From an uncultured Gemmataceae bacterium (GTDB taxonomy: Bacteria; Planctomycetota; Planctomycetia; Gemmatales; Gemmataceae): DNA of 64,000 nt. Numbering within the stretch: position 1 is the first letter of the stretch; the number at the start of each line of letters is the position of its first letter. Below the pieces are notes generated by a model. The model was not told the origin of the DNA. It saw only the letters and a program-made list of their open reading frames with translations, and did no database searches. The DNA lies in contig CAVVPN010000004.1 in the NCBI GenBank assembly GCA_963750165.1, positions 32,001 through 96,000 of the forward strand. The letters run 5' to 3'. The position numbers and the translations under genes were made by a program. Shown in pieces: positions 51,728 through 62,702 of this stretch.

Positions 51728-53509
51728 ATGGCCCACAGTTCGCGCCCCGAAACCGTCACCCTGGCGCAGGCCCGGGAAATCCTCCGCTGCATGGCCGACC
51801 AGCACAGCATCCTGTTGCTGTCCGGGCCGGGCGTCGGCAAGTCGGACATCGTTTACCAGGCGGCCGCCGATGCCGGGCTGCCGTGTCGCTCCCTCGTCGG
51901 CACGCAGATCGCACCGGAGGACGTGAGCGGCATTCCGCGCATCATCGGCGAGCGCTCGGTCTTCTGCCCGCCGCGCGTCCTGCTACCGGAGCAGCCCGAG
52001 CCGTTCTGCCTGTTCCTCGACGAACTGCCCGCCTGCACGCCGGACGTGCAGAAGGCGTTCTATTCGCTGCTGCTGGAGCGCCGCCTCGGTGAGCACCCGC
52101 TGCCGCCGGGCACCTGGGTGGTGGCCGCCGGCAACCGCGTCGAGGATCGCTCGCTGGTGCGTGCCCTGAGCAGCGCCCTGGTCAACCGCGTCATCGTCCT
52201 GCAAATCCGCGTCGATGTGGAGGAGTGGCTGGCCTGGGCGCGCGGCCAGAAACTGCGGCCGGAGGTCATCGACTTCATCGCGGCGAATCCGCAGCTGCTG
52301 CACCGGCCCGTGCCGGATCGGCCCGCACCGTTCTCGACGCCGCGGGCCTGGGCGTCGCTAGCGCAGGCGCTGGACCTGATGGAAGCGGCCGGTCATTTGA
52401 CGCCCGCCATCCGCCTCGCCCTGGCGGTCGGGCGCGTCAGCGCGCCGGACGCCGCGGCGTTCTGCCGATCCGCCGAGGTCAAGGACGCCGCCCAGGTCAC
52501 CATCAGTTTGGGCCAGGCGAAAGCGCTGTTGAAAGCGCTGGCCCACCAGCAGAGTTTGCTGTTGCAGGCGCCGCCCGGCGTCGGCAAGACCGCCATCGTG
52601 GCCCAGGCGGCGGCGGACGCGGCGCTGCCGTGCCGCTCACTGCTGGGCACGCAGATCGCGCCGGAGGACGTGAGCGGCATCCCGCGCATCGTCGGTGAGC
52701 GGTCCGTCTTCTGCCCGCCGCGCGTCCTGCTGCCCGAGCAGCCCGAACCGTTCTGCCTGTTCCTCGACGAACTGCCCGCCTGCAGCGCCGACGTGCAGAA
52801 GGCGTTTTATCCGCTGCTGCTGGAGCGGCGGCTGGGCGAGCACGCGCTGCCGGCCGGCAGCTGGGTGGTGGCGGCCGGCAACCGCGTCGAGGACCGGGCG
52901 CTGGTGCGCGACCTCAGCGCCGCGCTGGTGAACCGGCTGTTCCTGCTGCAAATCCGCGTGGACACCGACGAGTGGTTCCACTGGGCCGAGGCGGAGGGGC
53001 TGCGCCGCGAAGTGGTGCTGTACCTGCGGCACATGCCCGAGGCGCTGCTGCGGCCAGTGCCAGCCGAGCCGGTGCCGTTCTCGACGCCGCGCGCCTGGGC
53101 CATGCTCGCCCACGCCCTCGACCTGGCGGAGCGCGGCGGTATCCTGACGCGCGCGGTCCGCCGCGCCCTGGCGTTTGGCCGCGTCTCGCCGGAGGACGCC
53201 GCCATGTTCTGCGCCATGACCGAGACGCCCATCGCCGACCTGCGCCTGGCCGAGCACTACGTCGAGCACCCCGAAGAGCTGCCGGCCGCCGAGACGCCGC
53301 GGCTGTTCATCCTGGGTCGCATTCGCCGCCTGGCGGAGACGGGCAAGCTGAACGGCCACGCGCCGGCGGTGCTCAACCGCTTCCTGCGCGCGCTGTCGCA
53401 GGAGCACCGCTTGACCATGCTGGTGGACCAGGTGCCGCTGTGGGGCGCCCTCGGCGCCGACGATGCCATGCTGGAGACATTGTGGGAAGTCACGGGGGTG
53501 AAGCCATGA
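51728..53509 (+). CDS. MoxR-type AAA+ ATPase with two tandem AAA domains
   Basis: Each half has Walker A (GPGVGKS / PPGVGKT), CLFLDE, AAGNR, ALVNR and FSTPRAW. Confidence 0.88.
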   Translation: MAHSSRPETVTLAQAREILRCMADQHSILLLSGPGVGKSDIVYQAAADAGLPCRSLVGTQIAPEDVSGIPRIIGERSVFCPPRVLLPEQPEPFCLFLDELPACTPDVQKAFYSLLLERRLGEHPLPPGTWVVAAGNRVEDRSLVRALSSALVNRVIVLQIRVDVEEWLAWARGQKLRPEVIDFIAANPQLLHRPVPDRPAPFSTPRAWASLAQALDLMEAAGHLTPAIRLALAVGRVSAPDAAAFCRSAEVKDAAQVTISLGQAKALLKALAHQQSLLLQAPPGVGKTAIVAQAAADAALPCRSLLGTQIAPEDVSGIPRIVGERSVFCPPRVLLPEQPEPFCLFLDELPACSADVQKAFYPLLLERRLGEHALPAGSWVVAAGNRVEDRALVRDLSAALVNRLFLLQIRVDTDEWFHWAEAEGLRREVVLYLRHMPEALLRPVPAEPVPFSTPRAWAMLAHALDLAERGGILTRAVRRALAFGRVSPEDAAMFCAMTETPIADLRLAEHYVEHPEELPAAETPRLFILGRIRRLAETGKLNGHAPAVLNRFLRALSQEHRLTMLVDQVPLWGALGADDAMLETLWEVTGVKP

Positions 53510-54744
53510 AGACCGACGCCGATCAGGCATTGCTTGAGAAAATCCAGGAGGGCTTCCGCCGGGTGGGGCTGACGTTCCCGTACCTGCAGGGGCTGATCGA
53601 GATTGTGCGCGCGCGTGTGCAACTGGATCGGCGCATCGAGACGATGGGCATCTTCGCGTCGGGCCGGTTGCTGGTGAACCCGGATTTCGCGGCGGCGCTG
53701 TCGGCGCGCGACCTGGTGTTTGTGCTGACGCACGAGCTGTTCCACCTGACGCTGCGGACGCACGAGCGCGGCGCGGGCACCGACCTGCGGGCGTTCAATC
53801 ACGCCCACGATTACATCATCAACGACCTGCTCCGCGAGGAGCTGCAATACGACCAGGTGCCGGCCGGCGGCCTGGACTGGCCGGGGGCGCGGCTGAAGTC
53901 GGCGGAGCAGATTTTGGGCGAGATGGAGCGCGAGCCGTGGCGGCAGTCGCAGGCGGCGGGGGGCGGCTGGTTCGTCGAGGGCCAGGGCGGCGACGGCCCG
54001 ACCCTCGACGCGCCGGGCGACGTGCTGGACGCCGCGACGGAGAGCCAGTTGTTCCCGAGCGACGCGCCGGGGGCGCGACAGGAAGCCACGCGCGCCGTGG
54101 AGGAGCAGGCGGCGCGGGCCACGGCGCTGCAGGCGCTGATGGATTCGATGCGCGGCCACGGGCGCGGCACCGAGGCGGGCGGTCAGCAAGATGCGGTCGA
54201 GGCGCTGCGCGGCCTGTACCGGCCGCCGTGGGAGCTGGCGCTGCAGCGCTGGCTGGAGTCGGTGGCGCCGGGCGCGCGCAGTTATGCGCGGCCGTCGCGG
54301 CGCGGCGCTGACCGCAGGGACGTGGTGCTACCCGGCCACAAGCGCGAGGGCTGGACGCTGCACGTCGTGCTCGACACCAGCGGTTCGATGGTCGAGGAGT
54401 TGCCGCGTGCCCTGGGCGCCATCGCCGACTTCTGTGAGGCGATGGGCGTCGAGCAGGTCCACCTGATCCAGTGCGACACGGAAGTCGGCAGCGATGAGGT
54501 GCTGGCGCCGGCGGAGCTGGCGCGCTGGCAGGTGACCGGCTACGGTGGCAGCAACCTCAGTCCCGCACTGCTGCGGTTGGCCGAGGACCGTGAGGTCGGC
54601 GCCGCCATTGTGCTGACGGACGGCGACATTGAGTATCCCGAGGAGCCGATGCCGTACAGCGTGCTCTGGGTGCTGCCGGCGTGGAAGCGGCCGGAGGAGT
54701 TTACGCCGCGCTACGGCAAGGTCATCGGCATGACGCACGGATAG
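53506..54744 (+). CDS. DUF2201-type putative metallopeptidase plus vWA domain protein
   Basis: HELFH (HEXXH), FNHAHDYIIN, SYARPSRR, MIDAS DTSGS, LTDG; ATGA overlap with the ATPase. Confidence 0.88.
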   Translation: MKTDADQALLEKIQEGFRRVGLTFPYLQGLIEIVRARVQLDRRIETMGIFASGRLLVNPDFAAALSARDLVFVLTHELFHLTLRTHERGAGTDLRAFNHAHDYIINDLLREELQYDQVPAGGLDWPGARLKSAEQILGEMEREPWRQSQAAGGGWFVEGQGGDGPTLDAPGDVLDAATESQLFPSDAPGARQEATRAVEEQAARATALQALMDSMRGHGRGTEAGGQQDAVEALRGLYRPPWELALQRWLESVAPGARSYARPSRRGADRRDVVLPGHKREGWTLHVVLDTSGSMVEELPRALGAIADFCEAMGVEQVHLIQCDTEVGSDEVLAPAELARWQVTGYGGSNLSPALLRLAEDREVGAAIVLTDGDIEYPEEPMPYSVLWVLPAWKRPEEFTPRYGKVIGMTHG

Positions 54745-54867
54745 CGCGCTAACGCCGTCTACCATTAGCGCGTTCCTACTTCGCCGGGGGTTGCTGGGCC
54801 TTGCGCGCCTGGGGCCGAGGTCGAGCCGTCGCGGCTCTCCAGCCGCTGCGGCTCCCCATGTGGCCCC

Positions 54868-56686
54868 TTATTTTTCCGCCGACCACAACTTCACCGTCCT
54901 GTCCGCGCCCCCTGACGCCAGGGTGCGGCCGTCGCTGCTGAAGGCCACGCAGTGGACCACCCCCTTGTGCCCGGCGAGCGCCGCCAGCTGCTTGCCCGCA
55001 GCCACGTCCCACAGCCGTACTGTGCCGTCGTCGCCGGCGCTCGCCAGTACCTTGCCGGCCGGGTCCACCGCCAACATCCGCACCGGCCCCTTGTGCCCCT
55101 TCAGGGCCGCCCGTTCCTTGCCGGTGGCCGCGTCCCACAATTTCACCAGCCCATCCTTGTCCGCCGACGCCAGCGTCTTGCCGTCCGGCGTCAAGGCCAC
55201 CGCCAGCACCTCCGCCGCGTGGCCGCCGCGGAATTTCTCTTTTTCCTTGCCGCGCTCCCACAGCCGCACCGTCTTGTCGGCGCTGCCCGTCGCCAGCACC
55301 TGCTCGTCCGCGGAGAACGCCAGCGCGTGGATCACCCCCGTGTGGCCTTTGTAAACCTCGTTGGCACGGTTGGGCACCTCCCGGCCTTTCAGGGGACGCT
55401 CGATCAGGTGCAGCACGTGGTCCTTCGCGACGCCCGCCCAGACCTGGGGATCCTGCAGGACTGCCAGCAGTTGAAGTCCCTTGCCGCTGCCGCCGTTGCC
55501 CACATTTTTCGCCAGCTTGTAGAGCGCCAGGTTGAACACGTCTCCCCGTTGCCAGCCGACGCCCAGGTAGCGATCCTGGTCGCGCAGGGCCACCACACGA
55601 ATCACGCCGCGCTGCATCTTGCCGAAGAGGGTCCGTTCTTCCTTGCCGGCTCTGGCGTCCCACACCTTGACGACACCGTCCTGATCGCCGCTCGCCAGGA
55701 TTTTTTCCCCGAACGTCAGCACCTGTACGGCCTCCTGGTGTCCCTGGAGGGTGGCGCGTTCCTTCCACACCGGCGCCGGCTGCACGACAGGGGCCGCCGC
55801 GGCCGGCAGGATCACCGCGACCGGCGGCTTCTCCGCCCGTGCCGGCTGCGCCCGGGACGACACCCACAGGCCACACGCCAGCGCCGCCAGCAGTCCCAGC
55901 GCCGCCGCCAATTTGAGCTTGGTTAGCCACATGATTCGTATCACCCCTTCCGCCAGGGCAGCGACCTCCGCCGAGACCGCCGCGCTCCCCGTGTCCACCG
56001 CCGCCCGTGCCGTTGCCGCGGCCAGCGCCGCCGGCACCGCCGCCCCCGCGTGCCCCGCCAGCAGTCCCCCCAGGAGCCCGCCCGACACCGCCAGGCCGTG
56101 CTGCCGCAACCGTTCCGCCAGCAGCTTGCGGCCCGCGGCCAACCGGCTCGACAGCGTGCCCTCCGGCACCGCCAGCTGCCGCGCCGCCTCCTTGCGCGGC
56201 CGGCCCTCCAGGTCGCACAGCACCAGGGCGGTGCGGTACTTGTCCGGCAACCGGGCCAGCTCGGCGTCGAGCAGCGGTTGCAGGTCGCTCCAGAGGTCCG
56301 CCGCAGCGCGGGCCGAGTCGTGCGTCTCCCTCATGGTCTGCTCGTGAGTCCGCCGTCGGGCGTTCCGCTTGCGCGCCTCCAGGGCGGTGCGCCGGGCCAC
56401 GCCGTACAGCCAGTTGCCGACCTGTTCGCGCGGCCGCACCGCCGCCGCCCTGCGCCAGCACCAGGAATGTTGCCTGAAACGCATCCTCCGCGTCGTGGGC
56501 GTGGCCGACGATGCGACGACAGACGCCGAGTACCATCGGCCCATGGCGCCGCACCAGGGCCGCGAACGCCCCCTCATCGCGCCGGCGGACGAACGCCTCC
56601 AGCAGATCGCCGTCGGCGGCCGCGTCCCCACAGAGCGCGGCGCCGCACAGGTCCTGGATCACCCGTGTCAGGGAATGGGTCGCCAT
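54868..56686 (-). CDS. ECF sigma factor with TM helix and C-terminal WD40 repeats; frameshift near 56450
   Basis: [12 protein letters not shown]...[29 protein letters not shown]...[28 protein letters not shown]...WD repeats. Confidence 0.88.
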
Positions 56687-56803
56687 CGCGTTCGCTCCGG
56701 GGGCCGGCCGTGCTTCTGCCTTCTATTGGTCGGAAACCCGGCGGCGCGTCGGTGGGTGCGGGAATTTTATCGATTTGTTCCGCCAGCGGCGGAAGCGGGG
56801 AGA

Positions 56804-59480
56804 TCAGTCAGCCGCGTCGGGTAGCTCGCGCAGCCAGCTCAGCCGATAGCCCGCGGGCAGCACCTTGGCGGCCGCGGCCGCGCAGGCGGCGCGGGCGGCG
56901 GCCGCCGACACACCGGGGGCGAGGTTGGCGGTCACTGTCGCCATCGGCTCACCGTTGAAGCGCTGCACGACCATGGGGCAGGTGTACTCGCGGATGCTCG
57001 CCACGGCGCGAAGCGGCAACAATTTACCCTTGTTGGTGCGGACCTGGAGCGACTCGAGCCGCTCGGCACCCTGGCGAACCTCCTTCTTCACGCTCACGTT
57101 GATCTGCCAGGTGCGGCCGAACTTGTTGAAGTCGTTGATGTAGAAGGAGCCAAAGACGGCCTGCAGTGGCTTGATGACCTCGTCCATCGAGACGCCCAGG
57201 CTCTTCAGCTTTTCCGGGTCGATGGCCAACATCAGGTTTGGGGCCTCGCGGTCGCCGGGGCCGCAGCCCACGTCGGTCAACTGTTTGCTTTCGGTCAGCA
57301 GGGCGGCGAGCTGCTGCGCCAGTTCGTTTACGCGCTGCTCGTCGGGGCCGTGGACGGCCAGGGCGACGGCGTACCCTTCCTGCGACAGCTGGCCGGGTCG
57401 CGCCGGGTCGCCGACCCGCACCAGCGCTTCGGGAAGCTCGCGGCCGAGCAGCTGGCGGAGGGCGACCGCCACGCCGGCGCGGCCGCCCTCCGCCAGCTCC
57501 AGTCCCACCAGCACGCACCCCTGGTTGGAGCCGGGCGCCGCCGGCGGCCCGGACAGTTCCAGCACGTCGCACACCTCGTCCACGCGGGCCAGCAGCCGCG
57601 CGCACTTTTCCAGGGCTGATTGCGTGCGCTCCAGCGAGGCGTCGTCCGGCAGCCGCACGTCCAGCCGCAAATAGCCAGGCGCGGCGCCCCCGCCAGAGGC
57701 GTCAAAGCGCACAGCCAGGTGGACGCCCTTGGGCAGCTTTTCCCGGAGCTGCGCCAGCCGGGACCGCACCGCGGCGCTGACCGCGGCCGGCTGAGCCGTT
57801 GCCACGGGGGCGACGCCGAGGACGACCGCGGCCTGGCCGTTGCAGCGGGCCTTCCCCGCCGACGCGGTCGGGCCGCGCTCGATTGTGCCCACGTCCCGGA
57901 TACGGACCTGCCTGCCTTCCGGGTTGGTCTTCAGGGGGATGTTCTCGAGTTCGGCCGTGGTTTGTAGCGGGCTCGTCGTGTTCAGGGTGAAATCGAACCC
58001 CTGGCCGGCGGGGACCGGCGGTTGGCCGAGTTGGCCCGCAGCAGCCTGGGCCCCGTACTCCTGCACCACCAGCAGGACCTCCTGCACGGTGAGGTTCAAC
58101 GCCTGCAGCAGGTCCGGGTCCAGGTGGACGCGCACCGCCTGGTCGGGCGCGCCGAATAGCTGCACATCGCCGACGCCCGGCAGGCGCGTCAGGTCGCCGC
58201 GCACCATCTTGTTCGCGACCTCGCTGAGGGCGCGCGCGTCCTGCCGGCCGTCCGAGGTCAGCACGACGAACAGCAGCACGTCGCCGGCCTTCGGGCGGAC
58301 GATCAACCCGCCCTTCCAGACCGCCTCGGGCAGGACCGGCTGCAACAGCGTGACGCGGTTCTGCACCCGCACCTGGGCCTGCTGGGGGTCCGTGCCGGCC
58401 GCGAACGTGACGGTCAGGGCGTAATTGCCGGCGTGGTCGCACTGCGAGGTCATGTGCGTCATGCCCTCGACGCCGTGGACCTGCTTCTCGATGTGGGCGC
58501 CGACGGTGTCGGCGACGACCCGGGCGTTGGCGCCGGGGTAGGCCGCCTTCACGACGATGACGGGGCCGAAACCGGGCTGGACCGCGGCAGGCTGCGTGGG
58601 GCCTGGTTCCGGCGTCGGGTCGCCGAGGAGCGGCGGCACCACCGCGGCCGCGGCCGCGCCCAGCAGGCAAATGGCCAGCAGCGCCAGCGCGGGCAGCCGC
58701 AGCCGCGCCAGCAGTAGCCGCCGCAGCGCTCCCTGCACCATGGCCGCCACGGGCGCCGTCACGGCCTGGCCCGCGCCGGCCGGCAGCGCCGCCTGGAGGA
58801 TCGCCTGGACGAGCGCGGCCGGCACCGGCGCCAGGGCCGGGGCGGCGGGCAGCCCACCGACGGCCGCGGGCGCCAGCGTGACGCCGCGCCGGCTCAGCCG
58901 CCCGCGGAGCAACTGTTTGGCCCGCGCCAGCCGGCCCGAGAGTGTGCCCTTGCTCCAGCCCAGCAGTTGCGCCGCCTCCTCGTTGGTCTTGTGCTCCAGG
59001 AAGCAGTACACGAGCGGATCGCGGTACTTCTTCGGCAGCCGCTCCAGCTCCTCGTCGAGGACCGCGCAGGTCGCGCCGGGCTGCTTCCTCGGCGGGGTCG
59101 GCCGGCGGCGTCCCGGCGACGCGCTGCTCCCGGGCGCGTCGCCGGGCGGCACTGGCCCGCTCCTTGAGGGCGATGTGGGTCGCCACTTCGTGCAGCCAGC
59201 CGGCCACGGACATCCTGCCGTCCAGGGTACCGCCCTTGCGTGCCAGCACCAGGAACGTGGCCTGGCAGGCGTCCTCGGCGTCGTGGGCGTTGCCCAGGAC
59301 GCGCCGGCAGACGCCAAGCACCAGCGGGCCGTGCCGGTCCAGCAGCTGTTCAAAGGCGGCCTGGTCGTGCCGGGTGGCGTAGCTCCGCAGCAGCTGGCCG
59401 TCGGTCGCATGGCCGGCGACGGGCGTCCCGGTCAGCCGGCGGCAGTAGTCCACCACGTTATGCAATGGCTCGTTACTCAT
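56804..59480 (-). CDS. ECF sigma factor / TM / AcrB periplasmic-domain fusion, paralogue A; frameshift near 59065
   Basis: Sigma region 2 in ORF 57702..59480; region 4 and AcrB-like YPGANARVVADTV...VQNRV...LPGVGDV...NDFNKFGRTWQ...QRFNG in ORF 56804..59410. Confidence 0.85.
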
Positions 59481-59649
59481 GGCTCCCTACCTCCAGGGTT
59501 CGGCGCCGACGATACTGTCGCTTCCAACCGACCGTCACTTTACATCCACGCGCAGCAAACGCCGGCGACGTCTCGGCTGGTCCCTCCCTTCGCCGGCGTT
59601 CCCTCCCAGCTGGATCGTCGCCCGGTTGTGATGCACGGCCAGGCCGCCG

Positions 59650-62313
59650 CTACTCCGCCGTGGGCAGGTCGTGCAGCCAGTTCAGCCGATAGCCTGTGGG
59701 CAGGACCTCCGCGGCCAGGGCTTCGCACAGGGCGCGGGCAGCGGCCGGCGACACGCCGGGGGCGAGGTTGGCGGTCACCGTCGCCATCGGCGCGCCATTG
59801 AAGCGCTGCACGACCACGGGGCAGGTGTGCTCGCGGATGCTCGCCACGGCGCTGAGCGGGACCCATTCTTTCTTGTCATTGCGGACGAAAAGATTATCCA
59901 GGTCTTTGGGGAGACGGCGTCCCGCCGCGTAGACCTGATAGATGTGGCCGATCCTGACAAAACCCTGTTCCTCGGAGGAGCCTATGGTGATCTGCAGCGC
60001 GTCGAGGACCTTGTTTATCGAGAGGCCGTGGCGCTTCACCTTTTCCTCATCGATGTCCAGTCTAAAGACTGGGTTTTCGGTGTCGCCGGGGCCCCAACCC
60101 ACGTCCGTCAACTGTTCGCTCTTGTTCAATCGGTTGGCGAGTTTCTGCGCCAGGTCGCGCACTTGCCGCTCGTCGGGGCCGTGGACACCCAGGACGACGG
60201 CGTAGCCTTCCTGCGACAACTGGCCGGGTCGCGCCGGGTCGCCGACCCGCACCTGGGCCTCGGAGAACTCGCGGCCGAACAGGTTGCGGATGGCCGCCAC
60301 GCCGGCGCGGCCGCCCAGCGCCGGCCCCAGGCCCACCAGCACACACCCCTGGTTGGTGCGGCTCGCGACGGGCGGGCCGCACAATTCCAGCACGTCACGC
60401 ACTCCCTTGACGCCAGCCAGCCGCTGTACGCACTTTCCCAGGACCGTCTGCGTGTATTCAAGCGTGGCGCCTTCCGGCAGCCGCACGTCCAGCCGCAGGT
60501 AGCCAGGCTCAGAGTCGCTACTTGAAGCGTCAAAGATTACCTCCAGGCGGACGCCCTCGGGCAGCTTTTTCCGAAGCTGCGCCAGCCTGGATCGTACCTC
60601 GGCGCCGACCTCGGTCGGCCGGGCGCTCGCCAGGGGGGCGACGCCGAGGACGACCGCGGCCTTGCCGTTGTAGCGGGGCAGGCCCGCCGCCGCGGTCGGG
60701 CCGGTCTCGATTCTGCCCACGTCCTTCAACCGGATCAACTCGCCTTCCGGGTTGGTCCTCACGGGGATGTTCTCGAGTTCGGCCGCGGTTTGCGGCCGGC
60801 CCTTCCTGATCAGCGTCAAGACATTCTCCAAGCTTTGGCTTTTGACGCCCGTGGCCTGGCCGAGGCGCCCGGGCGAACCGATCACACTCTGTTCCGACAG
60901 TGCCTTCATGACGTCTTCGGAGGAGATTTTGTAGGCCCGCATACGGTCCGGGTTCAGCCAGACGCGCACCGCCTGGTCGGGCTCGCCAAACACCTGCACG
61001 TCGCCGACGCCCGGCAGGCGCGACAGTTCGTCGCGCACCCTCTTGTTCGTGACCTCGCTGAGGGCGAGCGCGTCTTGCCGGCCGTCCGAGGTCAGCACGA
61101 CGAACAGCAGCACGTCGCCGGCCTTCTGGCGGACGGTCACCCTGCCCTTCCAGACCGCTTCGGGCAGGACCGGTTGCAACAGGGCAACACGGTTCTGCAC
61201 CCGCACCAGGGCCTGCTCGGGGTCCGTGCCGGCTGTGAAGGTCACGGTCAACGTGTAGTTACCGGCGTTGTCGCACTGCGACGCCAGGTGCGTCAGGCCC
61301 TCGACGCCGCGGAGCTGCTGCTCGATGGGGACGGCGACGGTGTCGGCGACCACTCTGGAGTTGGCGCCGGGGTAGACCGCCTGCACGACGATGGCGGGGC
61401 CGAAGCCGGGCTGGACCGCGGCAGGCTGCACGGGGTTGTGCTCCGGCGCCGGGTCACCGAGGAGCGGCGGCACCACCACGGCGGCGGCGCCCAGCAGGCA
61501 CACGACCAGCAACACCAGCGCGGGCAACCGCAGCCGCGCCAGCAGCAGCCGCCGCAGCGCCCCCTGCACCAGCGCCGCCACGGGCGCCGACGCGGCCTGA
61601 CCCGCGCCGCCCGGCAGCACCGCCAGGGCGGTCGCCTGGACGAGCGCGGCCGGCACCGGCGCCAGCTCCGGGGTCGCGGGCAGCCCGCCGACGGCCGCCG
61701 GCGCCAGCGTGGCGCCGCGCCGGCTCAGCCGCCGGCGGAGCAACTCGCGGGCACGCGCCAGCCGGCCGGAGACTGTGCCCTTGCTCCAGCCCAGCAGCTG
61801 CGCCGCCTCCTCGTTGGTCTTGCCCTCCAGGTAGCAGTACACGAGCGGGTCCCGGTACTTCTCCGGCAGCCGCCCCAGCTCCTCGTCGAGGACCAGGCGC
61901 AGGTCGCGCCGCGCCGCTTCCTCGGCGGGATCGATCGGCGGCGTCCCGGTGACGCGCTGCTCCCGGAGGCGCCGCCGGGCGGCGCTGACCCGCGCCTTGC
62001 GGGCAATGTGATAGGCAACCGTGTACAGCCAGCCGGCCACGGACTTTTGGCCGTCGAGCGAACCGGCCTTGAACGCCAGCACCTGGAACGTGGCCTGGAA
62101 GGCGTCCTCGGCGTCGTGGGCGTTGCCCAGGACGCGGCGGCAGACGCCGAGCACCAGCGGGCCGTGCCGGCCCAGCAAAAGCTCGAAGGCGGCCTGGTCG
62201 TTCCGGGCGGCGAAGCTGTGCAGCAGCTGGCCGTCGGTGGCGTGGCCGGCCACGGGCGCGCCGGTCAGCCGGCGGCAGTAGTCCACCACGTTGTGCAATG
62301 GTTCGTTACTCAT
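59650..62313 (-). CDS. ECF sigma factor / TM / AcrB periplasmic-domain fusion, paralogue B (intact, 887 aa)
   Basis: One uninterrupted ORF: sigma2, sigma4, [21 protein letters not shown], AcrB loop 1, short linker, AcrB loop 2. Confidence 0.88.
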   Translation of the reverse strand: MSNEPLHNVVDYCRRLTGAPVAGHATDGQLLHSFAARNDQAAFELLLGRHGPLVLGVCRRVLGNAHDAEDAFQATFQVLAFKAGSLDGQKSVAGWLYTVAYHIARKARVSAARRRLREQRVTGTPPIDPAEEAARRDLRLVLDEELGRLPEKYRDPLVYCYLEGKTNEEAAQLLGWSKGTVSGRLARARELLRRRLSRRGATLAPAAVGGLPATPELAPVPAALVQATALAVLPGGAGQAASAPVAALVQGALRRLLLARLRLPALVLLVVCLLGAAAVVVPPLLGDPAPEHNPVQPAAVQPGFGPAIVVQAVYPGANSRVVADTVAVPIEQQLRGVEGLTHLASQCDNAGNYTLTVTFTAGTDPEQALVRVQNRVALLQPVLPEAVWKGRVTVRQKAGDVLLFVVLTSDGRQDALALSEVTNKRVRDELSRLPGVGDVQVFGEPDQAVRVWLNPDRMRAYKISSEDVMKALSEQSVIGSPGRLGQATGVKSQSLENVLTLIRKGRPQTAAELENIPVRTNPEGELIRLKDVGRIETGPTAAAGLPRYNGKAAVVLGVAPLASARPTEVGAEVRSRLAQLRKKLPEGVRLEVIFDASSSDSEPGYLRLDVRLPEGATLEYTQTVLGKCVQRLAGVKGVRDVLELCGPPVASRTNQGCVLVGLGPALGGRAGVAAIRNLFGREFSEAQVRVGDPARPGQLSQEGYAVVLGVHGPDERQVRDLAQKLANRLNKSEQLTDVGWGPGDTENPVFRLDIDEEKVKRHGLSINKVLDALQITIGSSEEQGFVRIGHIYQVYAAGRRLPKDLDNLFVRNDKKEWVPLSAVASIREHTCPVVVQRFNGAPMATVTANLAPGVSPAAARALCEALAAEVLPTGYRLNWLHDLPTAE

Positions 62314-62393
62314 GGCTCCTTACCCCAAAGCTCAGCCGCCGGACCGCCCGCCGGCACTCACCCGAAACGACCCGGTCCGGGTTCAACCCCTGG

Positions 62394-62702
62394 TCACTTC
62401 CTCTGCCTGCTCCTCATTTCCTGACTGAAGGCGTTCAAAATTTCAAATTCTTTCGCCCGTCTTTCCGTGAACTCCTTCGCGGCTTGCTCCGCGGCTCTCC
62501 TCAGTTCCCGTTCGCTGACCCGCTGCATGCGCTTCTCCATCCTCTGGACTTCTTTCTCCGCCTCTCGTTTGCATTCGGCCTGGAAGTGATTCCAGTACCA
62601 GATACCTCCGATGATCAACACGAGCAAACCAACGCAGCCCAGAAGCCACTCAGGCACCTCTGGTTCGTTCTGACCCGGGTCTTTTTTCATCGTGTCGCTC
62701 AT
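62394..62702 (-). CDS. Small single-TM protein with charged helical tail
   Basis: WLLGCVGLLVLIIGGIWYW; GAGGGG RBS; ATGA overlap with the upstream gene. Confidence 0.6.
   Translation of the reverse strand: MSDTMKKDPGQNEPEVPEWLLGCVGLLVLIIGGIWYWNHFQAECKREAEKEVQRMEKRMQRVSERELRRAAEQAAKEFTERRAKEFEILNAFSQEMRSRQRK

Noticed and set aside
370..59070. Programmed ribosomal frameshifting
   Set aside because: No shared slippery motif; breaks are scattered across unrelated genes
56804..62313. Annotation as ordinary or pseudogenised RND efflux permeases
   Set aside because: Only one TM helix, in-frame fusion to a sigma factor, and identical deletion boundaries in both copies
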